From positions 90,367 to 154,366 of the forward strand of contig JADHVF010000001.1 in assembly GCA_016784145.1 (NCBI GenBank): a DNA stretch of 64,000 nt, written 5' to 3'. Of the stretch, positions 1-6,255 are shown in pieces. The translations under genes were made by a program, and so were the position numbers. The notes beneath the pieces are model-generated. The model worked only from the letters and a program-made list of their open reading frames with translations. It was not told the DNA's origin and searched no databases. This DNA is from Patescibacteria group bacterium (lineage in GTDB: Bacteria; Patescibacteriota; Patescibacteriia; UBA2591; UBA6264). The number at the start of each line of letters is the position of its first letter. Within the stretch, counting starts at the first letter, position 1.

Positions 1-239
1 TGCTCAACTTTTACTCCGAATGATTCTAATTCTGAAATAGTCCCTTCATCTTTTACTTTTTGACACCAGCCACAAGTGTCAAGATAATAAAAAATCATTT
101 TATTGATTTCACATTGATAAGCTACTGAATTGTTTTGTTTATTTCTTTCAATTTTGTTTCCTCTTGATTGAATGATCATTATTCCTCCTATTATTACTAC
201 AATAGCAATAATAATAAATGATAAATATTTTTTTGACAT
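1..239 (-). CDS. Membrane-anchored thioredoxin/glutaredoxin-like CxxC protein (partial; runs off the window start)
   Basis: Minus-strand translation from the ATG at 239 gives MSKKYLSFIIIAIVVIIGGIMIIQSRGNKIERNKQNNSVAYQCEINKMIFYYLDTCGWCQKVKDEGTISELESFGVKVEQ... It has an N-terminal TM helix and a CGWC redox motif in a thioredoxin-fold context. There is no stop codon before the window edge. It lies immediately downstream of, and co-directional with, csoR. Confidence 0.55.
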   Translation of the reverse strand, partial: MSKKYLSFIIIAIVVIIGGIMIIQSRGNKIERNKQNNSVAYQCEINKMIFYYLDTCGWCQKVKDEGTISELESFGVKVE

Positions 240-244
240 ATATT

Positions 245-517
245 TTATTTATTAAATAATTTAGTAACACCAAGGACTTCTTTTGTCATTTGTGTTTTTA
301 GTTTTTCGTTACTTGTCCCCATTGCTTTCTTAAAACAAGTTTTAAGATGGTTTTCCATTAATTTTTGATGAGCTGATTTTAATAGTCCAATAGCAGCTAA
401 ATTTTGTTGCATAATGTTAATGCAATATTCCTTGTTTTCTATCATACTATTAATTTTTGTCATTAGGCCTTGAACCTTTTTAAAATTAACAAGGACTTTC
501 TTTTTTTCATTGGTCAT
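245..517 (-). CDS. csoR: CsoR-family Cu(I)-sensing transcriptional repressor (DUF156)
   Basis: 90 aa. Has the YC motif (Cys32) and H57-x3-C61, i.e. the C-x24-H-x3-C spacing of the CsoR Cu(I) site. No N-terminal His, so it is not RcnR-like. Helical DUF156-like sequence. Confidence 0.8.
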   Translation of the reverse strand: MTNEKKKVLVNFKKVQGLMTKINSMIENKEYCINIMQQNLAAIGLLKSAHQKLMENHLKTCFKKAMGTSNEKLKTQMTKEVLGVTKLFNK

Positions 518-542
518 AATTTTTTATTAAAATATTTATTAA

Positions 543-569
543 AATACCTATACCCATGGTATAGGTATT
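543..569. promoter_or_regulatory. Perfect inverted repeat AATACCTATACC-cat-GGTATAGGTATT, candidate CsoR operator
   Basis: 12-bp arms with a 3-bp spacer, 26-52 bp upstream of the csoR start. It overlaps the predicted -10/+1 of the csoR promoter. The TACC...GGTA core is typical of CsoR/RcnR-type operators. Confidence 0.6.
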
Positions 570-570
570 A

Positions 571-599
571 TAATTATATAATCAAACAATTATATAATC
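571..599 (-). promoter_or_regulatory. Sigma70-like promoter for csoR (TTGATT-N17-TATAAT on the minus strand)
   Basis: On the minus strand: TTGATT (599-594), 17-nt spacer, TATAAT (576-571). This sits inside a tandem 14-bp direct repeat TTGATTATATAATT x2. Confidence 0.4.
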
Positions 600-698
600 A
601 AGTAATTTGATTGTGGATAACTTTTTGTCAGACACATACCATAACAACATTGATAGGCCTTGCTTCTTAATGGGGTGCTTTTCAATGGGATAAGTGAC

Positions 699-735
699 AA
701 AAAAAAGCCCTGTTTTTTAACAGGGCTTTTTATTT
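699..735. terminator. Bidirectional rho-independent terminator
   Basis: GCCCTG (707-712), loop tttttaa, CAGGGC (721-726), flanked by A/T runs on both sides. It separates the Cys-rich gene (749..1087) from the csoR unit. Confidence 0.6.
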
Positions 736-748
736 TACGGTTAATTAT

Positions 749-1087
749 TTAATTAACTGCTTGCATGCCTAGATCTGGTTGATTACAATTAATGCAACTT
801 GATCTGTGTCCGCGCCTCATTATGCCGGGGTCAGCACAATCAATGCATTGACCTCTTATTTTGCATATTTCATCAGTCCAGCCAATATGCTTTTCTACAA
901 ATTCAAATGTATCAAGCACTTCATCATTAGTTTCGTCTGAACTTTCTATTTCTACGATTAAGATGGGAATCAATTCGTCGTTATTGCTTGTTTTTAATTC
1001 CTTTGGTATTTGCCAAAGATTAAGCATGGCTTGAATTGTTTCCACGTCTTTTTTGATTTTTTCTATCTCTGTTTTTTCCCGAGGCAT
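749..1087 (-). CDS. Hypothetical acidic protein with a C-terminal Cys-rich (6 Cys) module, possible zinc ribbon
   Basis: 112-aa ORF. C-terminus reads CKIRGQCIDCADPGIMRRGHRSSCINCNQ. Terminator immediately downstream. No family recognised. Confidence 0.45.
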   Translation of the reverse strand: MPREKTEIEKIKKDVETIQAMLNLWQIPKELKTSNNDELIPILIVEIESSDETNDEVLDTFEFVEKHIGWTDEICKIRGQCIDCADPGIMRRGHRSSCINCNQPDLGMQAVN

Positions 1088-1185
1088 TTTTTACTCCTTT
1101 TTTTGTTGTAAGTAACTTATATTACATAAGCATGTATATAAATTTATCTTATCACAAAAAATAAATTTTGTCAAAATAAATTTTT

Positions 1186-1220
1186 ATTGACAAGAGGGCT
1201 TAAAAGTGATATGTTAAGAA
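1186..1220. repeat. Direct repeat copy 1 (35 bp, 33/35 identical to 4117..4151)
   Basis: att[g]acaa[g]agggcttaaaagtgatatgttaagaa. Overlaps the predicted 5' end of the ABC-F ORF. Confidence 0.7.
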
Positions 1221-3001
1221 TATATAATAAATCAAAATCATTTTATATGATAGCCAATAGCAATAATTTTGAATTTAATATCTTGAAAAAGGAAAAAATC
1301 AAAACAAAGGTTTTAAGAGTAGAAAAAATATCAAAATCTTTTAATAATAAAGATCTTTTTAAAGATATTAATTTTACCATGGCTAAAAAACAAAAAAAAG
1401 CTCTTGTTGGAAATAACGGGTCCGGCAAAAGTACTTTATTAAAAATAATGGCAGGGGAAGAAAATTCAGATTTTGGGAGAATTGAGACAAATAATATGAA
1501 AATAGAATATTTGCCACAAGAACTATCAATTAAAAATGATTTAAATTTAAATATTTTAGATTATTTAAAAAAAATAACACATATAATGCAGATAGAAAAA
1601 ACAATGAAAGAATTAGCAGAGGATCTAGCAGATAAAAAAAAATTAAAAGAATACGGAAAATTACAGGAACAGTATGAAAGATTAAATGGATATGACTTTG
1701 AATCAATTGCAGAGATAATCCTATCAGGATTTGGACTAGAGAAATATTTAGATAAAAAAGTAGAAGAGCTAAGTGGAGGAGAGAAATCTAAATTGATGTT
1801 TGTCGGAGCTTTGTTAAGAAGCCCAGACATGTTATTGTTAGATGAACCAACAAGTAATTTGGACTTACAATCAATTATTTGGCTAGAAAACTTTATTAAA
1901 CAAAGTGATATGGCTTGTTTGGTTGTTTCGCATGATAAAATATTTTTAGATAATATTATAGGAGGAACAATTGAAATAGATTCTTATAAAAAAAATATTA
2001 TTGAACAATCTGGTAGTTATTCTGAATTTTTAGAAAGAAAACAAAAAAAAAATGAAAGAGAAAAAAATGAATATAAAAAAGGACAAAAAAAAATTAGTAA
2101 TTTAGAAAAAATTGCTAAAAAGAAAAAACAATGGGCAATACAAGGATCTGGCCAATCTACTAAAGACAAGGATAAATATTTGCGCGGGCACCAAAGAGAT
2201 CGTTCTTCAAAAATGGGGAGCGGAGCAAAAGCTATTGACAGGCAAATTAAAAGAATAAAAGAAACAACGAAACAACCATTTCAAGAAAAAGAATTACAAA
2301 TAAAAATAGAATTTAAAGAAATAAGCACAAAAAATTCAATTCAATTAGATCAACTTAAAGTTGGCTACAAAGATGGGTTTTCATTGGGTCCAATAGATTT
2401 AGATATTAAACACGGAGAAAAGATTGTTTTTGTTGGAGATAATGGAGCTGGTAAAAGTACATTGCTTAAAACAATAGCTCAAAAAATTAAACCAATATCA
2501 GGAAAAATAGAAATAGGCAAGCAATTAAATGTTGGTAATTTTATGCAAAATCATGAAGATTTGCCGTTAGATCAGACAATTTTTTCTTATATTAAAAAAA
2601 ATTCTAATATAAGGGATGATGAAATCCATCGTATATTAAATCATTTTGAATTTCAATCTGATTATATAGATAAAAAAATCAAAAATTTAAGTCCAGGAGA
2701 AAGAACAAAGTTAATTTTAGCAAAGTTTTCAGTAAAAAAAGCGAATGTTTTAATTTTAGATGAACCAACAAATTATCTTGATATTAGAACAATGAAAGCA
2801 ATAGAAATTGCGTTAAAAAATTATGAAGGGACAATTATAATGTCTTCTCATGACCGTTATTTTTTAGAAAAAATAAATCCAGATAAATTTTATTTGGTAG
2901 CAGATAAAAAGGTCAAATATTTATCAGATTATAGTAAACATAGAAAATCAATAAAAAATAAAGTTCAAGGTTTAACTAAAAAAGTACAAAATTTTTTATA
3001 A
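1187..3001 (+). CDS. ABC-F family ATPase (two ABC cassettes with no TM domain; EttA/Uup/ARE-like)
   Basis: First Walker A is GNNGSGKST, first signature LSGGEKSKL, first Walker B LLLDEPTSNLD. Second Walker A is GDNGAGKST, second signature LSPGERTKL, second Walker B LILDEPTNYLD. An ~80-aa K/R/E-rich inter-domain linker separates them, and there is no membrane domain. The start is uncertain: TTG at 1187, ATG at 1211 or ATG at 1247. Confidence 0.85.
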   Translation: MTRGLKSDMLRIYNKSKSFYMIANSNNFEFNILKKEKIKTKVLRVEKISKSFNNKDLFKDINFTMAKKQKKALVGNNGSGKSTLLKIMAGEENSDFGRIETNNMKIEYLPQELSIKNDLNLNILDYLKKITHIMQIEKTMKELAEDLADKKKLKEYGKLQEQYERLNGYDFESIAEIILSGFGLEKYLDKKVEELSGGEKSKLMFVGALLRSPDMLLLDEPTSNLDLQSIIWLENFIKQSDMACLVVSHDKIFLDNIIGGTIEIDSYKKNIIEQSGSYSEFLERKQKKNEREKNEYKKGQKKISNLEKIAKKKKQWAIQGSGQSTKDKDKYLRGHQRDRSSKMGSGAKAIDRQIKRIKETTKQPFQEKELQIKIEFKEISTKNSIQLDQLKVGYKDGFSLGPIDLDIKHGEKIVFVGDNGAGKSTLLKTIAQKIKPISGKIEIGKQLNVGNFMQNHEDLPLDQTIFSYIKKNSNIRDDEIHRILNHFEFQSDYIDKKIKNLSPGERTKLILAKFSVKKANVLILDEPTNYLDIRTMKAIEIALKNYEGTIIMSSHDRYFLEKINPDKFYLVADKKVKYLSDYSKHRKSIKNKVQGLTKKVQNFL

Positions 3002-3073
3002 TTTATTTTTTTAACAAAAATTTAAGCATTGGAGAAATTGTAAAAAAATTAAATAAAAAAAAGAATAATAAAA

Positions 3074-3101
3074 ATCAGAAAAATAAAATTTCTGATTTTT
3101 T
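3074..3101 (+). terminator. AT-rich hairpin plus T-run after the ABC-F gene
   Basis: ATCAGAAA (3074-3081), loop, TTTCTGAT (3089-3096), then TTTTT. Confidence 0.4.
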
Positions 3102-3168
3102 AAAACAAGTAAAAAAAGAGTTAGCCACTCCATCTCAAGGAGGTTATCCAATTCTTGACAAAGAGCTT

Positions 3169-4134
3169 ATGGATGCACCGATTGCAATTGAATTACAAAT
3201 TACAGACAAATGTAATTTAAGATGCAAACATTGTTGTCAGGATAATTATTCAAAAATAATGCCCATGAATAAAATCAAAGAAATTTTGAAGATATTATAT
3301 AAAAAAAATGTTTTTGAAATTAGTTTGGTTGGCGGAGAATTATTTACACATCCAAATATTTGGGATATTTTAGATTTGTGTAATAATTATGATTTTGCAA
3401 TTAACATAATAACTAATGCTACATTGTTAGATAATAAATTCATAAAAAAATTAGCAAAATTCAAAAATATTGTATTTTTAGTTAGTTTGGAAGGCGTTCA
3501 CATGGTTAATGACAAGATAAGAGGAATAGGTGTTTTTAAAAAAGTTGATAAAGTTCTTCAAAATTTAAAAAAACATAATATACATGTAGAAATTTCTACA
3601 ACAATAAGTAAAAATAATATTAATAATTATCAAGAGATAATAGATTATAGTAAGTCGTTAGACATTCCTTGTAATTTTAATTTATTTAAACCATTTCATT
3701 GTAGTCAAAAAAATCTTATACTTGATCCAGACAAATATTTTAATTTTGTTCAAGATATTTTTAGTCAAAGATTAAAAAACAAAGCGAAAATTGGGTTAAC
3801 TAATGCAGCAATTGTTTCTTGTTTAATGTGCGAAAAAGATAGAAATGAATGCAGGGCCACATTGTCTGGATTAACAATAAATGTTGATGGAAAAATGGTT
3901 CCATGCCCTTTTTTAAAATTAGCTGGGTATTATAATAATAATATTTTGCCAACCTTTAATAAAAATTTTTTAAATGCATGGAAAAATAATTTTTTATTTA
4001 TGAAATTTCGGGAAGGAAACATTAAAGAATGTCAAGCTCGATCTTATATTTTTAGTAAAAATATAAATGGACTTGATCCATACGGAATTCAAGAGTTCAA
4101 AAAATATTTAAAACAGATTAACAAAAGGGCTTAA
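3169..4134 (+). CDS. Radical SAM enzyme with C-terminal SPASM/twitch-like Cys cluster
   Basis: N-terminal CNLRCKHCC (CxxxCxxC radical SAM cluster) followed by a GGE motif (LVGGELF). C-terminal CLMCEKDRNEC...VPCPF...C resembles a SPASM auxiliary-cluster motif. Strong GGAGG RBS at 3139-3143. The start may be TTG at 3154. Confidence 0.8.
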   Translation: MDAPIAIELQITDKCNLRCKHCCQDNYSKIMPMNKIKEILKILYKKNVFEISLVGGELFTHPNIWDILDLCNNYDFAINIITNATLLDNKFIKKLAKFKNIVFLVSLEGVHMVNDKIRGIGVFKKVDKVLQNLKKHNIHVEISTTISKNNINNYQEIIDYSKSLDIPCNFNLFKPFHCSQKNLILDPDKYFNFVQDIFSQRLKNKAKIGLTNAAIVSCLMCEKDRNECRATLSGLTINVDGKMVPCPFLKLAGYYNNNILPTFNKNFLNAWKNNFLFMKFREGNIKECQARSYIFSKNINGLDPYGIQEFKKYLKQINKRA

Positions 4135-4151
4135 AAGTGATATGTTAAGAA
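4117..4151. repeat. Direct repeat copy 2 (35 bp)
   Basis: att[a]acaa[a]agggcttaaaagtgatatgttaagaa. Overlaps the stop codon of the radical SAM gene. Flanking sequence differs from copy 1 on both sides. Confidence 0.7.
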
Positions 4152-4270
4152 AAGTTCATTGAATTTTTTAATAATAAAAAAAGATGCTGTTATGAAAATA
4201 TAGCGATTATTTGATATTATTGTAATTTTTAACGCAACATTGTTCTTTGTTTTAGAATATGGAGTTCTGG

Positions 4271-4310
4271 TAAAAAAATCTCCACAAAATTTTTATGGAG
4301 ATTTTTCTTT
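4271..4310 (+). terminator. Rho-independent terminator
   Basis: ATCTCCA (4278-4284), loop, TGGAGAT (4296-4302), then TTTTT. It lies ~140 nt of non-coding sequence after the rSAM stop codon. Confidence 0.5.
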
Positions 4311-4343
4311 ACTTTATTATAATATTTTTGTTATAATTAAAAC

Positions 4344-5054
4344 ATGTTTTTAAAGAAAGCAAAAAAAGTCAAAGTATTAATAGGGAAATTGATATCTAAA
4401 AGCAAGCAACCTAAAAAAATAAAAATAACAATTTTTAGTTCAGGCATACTTGGCTTAATCGCCCTTGTTTTAATTGTTGGAATGTATTCTAGGATGACAA
4501 CAGAACAAAATGTTATTAATAATAGAATTGATAAATTAGTATTAGAAATAAAAGAATTAAAAAACAGGACAATTACTTCAAGTCAAAAAATATTTAGAGA
4601 ACCAGCCACAATAATAGTTGATAAAAATGGTTTATGGGTTGTAGATCCAGCTGATTGTCCATATTTTGATTTGTCAATTTTCCCAGGGCAAAATTGTAAA
4701 CCAAATCAAATTTGCGGAAAAAGTAATAAAATAGCTCAATGTTACAATATGAATAAATTAATTCCCCCAAAATCAATTGCAATTTCAAATAAAAATTGGG
4801 CAGATTTTTTATATGATAATAAATTAGCCAATGGAGGATTTTTAATTAATTGTTATGCACCCATAGACAATAATGCGCCCTTTTGTGATAATAATGAAAA
4901 ATTTTGGTGTGACAGGAGTGATTTTTGTTACGACCAACAAAAAAGAGAAACTATTTGTTTGCCAGGGGGTTGGGGGAAATTTAAGTGCGGTGATTGTTTA
5001 GATGGATATGAAGATAAATTTGCTTCTGATATTTGTGAAATAAAAGAAAAATAA
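4344..5054 (+). CDS. Membrane-anchored Cys-rich (12 Cys) extracytoplasmic protein, hypothetical
   Basis: Basic N-terminus, one TM helix (IFSSGILGLIALVLIVGMY), then ~190 aa containing 12 Cys (CPYF, NCKPNQIC, QCY, NCY, FCD, WCD, FCY, ICL, KCGDC, ICE). Confidence 0.6.
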   Translation: MFLKKAKKVKVLIGKLISKSKQPKKIKITIFSSGILGLIALVLIVGMYSRMTTEQNVINNRIDKLVLEIKELKNRTITSSQKIFREPATIIVDKNGLWVVDPADCPYFDLSIFPGQNCKPNQICGKSNKIAQCYNMNKLIPPKSIAISNKNWADFLYDNKLANGGFLINCYAPIDNNAPFCDNNEKFWCDRSDFCYDQQKRETICLPGGWGKFKCGDCLDGYEDKFASDICEIKEK

Positions 5055-5085
5055 AAAAGCCCATTTTATATGGGCTTTTTTTTAA
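5053..5085. terminator. Rho-independent terminator (bidirectional)
   Basis: GCCCAT (5059-5064), loop tttta, ATGGGC (5070-5075), then T8. Confidence 0.7.
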
Positions 5086-5091
5086 GAAGAC

Positions 5092-5241
5092 TTACCAATT
5101 CATAAATCTGAGAAATGAGCCGAGAAATAGGCCAAATATAGTTCCACTGAAAAAGGCCATTATTACTACAACTCCTGGAGAAGAGGCATTTTTTATTATT
5201 TCTCTTATGAAAAGGTCAAAATCTGTTTGATTCTGTTTCAT
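5092..5241 (-). CDS. Small hydrophobic protein (49 aa), hypothetical
   Basis: MKQNQTDFDLFIREIIKNASSPGVVVIMAFFSGTIFGLFLGSFLRFMNW. A GGAGGA RBS lies 6 nt upstream of the ATG. Below the 60-aa cutoff of the supplied ORF track. Confidence 0.35.
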   Translation of the reverse strand: MKQNQTDFDLFIREIIKNASSPGVVVIMAFFSGTIFGLFLGSFLRFMNW

Positions 5242-5353
5242 TTTTTCCTCCGTTGATTGATTTTAAAGATGGCTTAATAATATCAATTATATTGTTTTTT
5301 GTCAAGATTGACGAGTATTTACTTTAAGCATAATATTCTTTATAATATTTAAC

Positions 5354-5755
5354 ATGATAATTAGTTCAAAAAAGTTTGGCAAGATTTTAGTGGTAATGGT
5401 GGCTATTTTTTTGATGTTTAATTATTCTAATTTAATTTCTAATAAAAATAATGAGCAAACACAAGTAAATTCAAATAAAAATAATGGGGAGGCAAGATTA
5501 AATGTGGCTGGGAAAATTTTAGGAGAAAATATTGAAATAGGTGGCATTAGAATAACTGATAATCCAGGCATAAATAAAGTTTTGACTGACTTAGATGGAA
5601 CTGGCACTGGCGTGTGGAAAGAAGTTGATGAGATAAAGATAACTCAACAAAAAATTGATGACAGGATTATAAATATTTTGATTATATTTTTGTCTACTTG
5701 TTTAGTGCTCTATCTCTTAAAAGATAGACAAAATAATAATAGATTTAAATTTTAA
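5354..5755 (+). CDS. Hypothetical protein with N- and C-terminal TM helices
   Basis: 133-aa ORF. TM segments near residues 10-30 and 105-125, with a G/T-rich middle. Confidence 0.45.
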   Translation: MIISSKKFGKILVVMVAIFLMFNYSNLISNKNNEQTQVNSNKNNGEARLNVAGKILGENIEIGGIRITDNPGINKVLTDLDGTGTGVWKEVDEIKITQQKIDDRIINILIIFLSTCLVLYLLKDRQNNNRFKF

Positions 5756-5757
5756 TT

Positions 5758-6255
5758 ATGCCTGAATTAAATAAGGAAAAAAAAATAGAGTCGGTTATAA
5801 AACCAGCCCCAGAAGGATTAAAAACATCTAAAACAGAATCCTTCCCAATTCCCGAAACAGAAACCAATGAACAATCAGAATCTGTTCCTCAAGCAGAACA
5901 TCCTCAAACCCCTATTCAATCAATTCAGCCAACTGTTCCTCAACAACCAGTTGAAGTAGTAGACAAGTCAGTTAGGTTGAAAAAGATTGAAGACATTTTA
6001 GCTGATGGAGTGGACTTGATTTATGATGAATTGCCAAATGATGTTAAAAAAGAATTTAAAAAGCAAGGAGAGGAAACAGCTTTTAAGATTGATGAAATTA
6101 TTTCAAAAACCAAAATAGCTATTTATAAAATCATTGGACTTATTAAAAAATGGTTAATAATTATCCCAGGAGTTAATAAGTTTTTTTTAGAACAAGAAAC
6201 AAAAATTAAAACAGAAAAAATATTAGAATTTGCTGACAAGTATAAAAAAGAATAA
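5758..6255 (+). CDS. Hypothetical P/Q/E-rich protein
   Basis: 165-aa ORF starting 3 nt after the previous gene. Low-complexity P/Q-rich N-terminal half. Confidence 0.45.
   Translation: MPELNKEKKIESVIKPAPEGLKTSKTESFPIPETETNEQSESVPQAEHPQTPIQSIQPTVPQQPVEVVDKSVRLKKIEDILADGVDLIYDELPNDVKKEFKKQGEETAFKIDEIISKTKIAIYKIIGLIKKWLIIIPGVNKFFLEQETKIKTEKILEFADKYKKE

Noticed and set aside
1243-1830. Minus-strand ORFs 1243..1428 and 1561..1830 inside the ABC-F gene
   Set aside because: Antisense to a well-supported ABC-F CDS, low-complexity translations, no RBS.
1186-4151. Calling the repeat-bracketed segment a bona fide mobile element, integron cassette or transposon
   Set aside because: There is no integrase, transposase, attC-like imperfect inverted repeat or terminal inverted repeat in the window. 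It is reported as a repeat plus a finding, not as a mobile_element feature.
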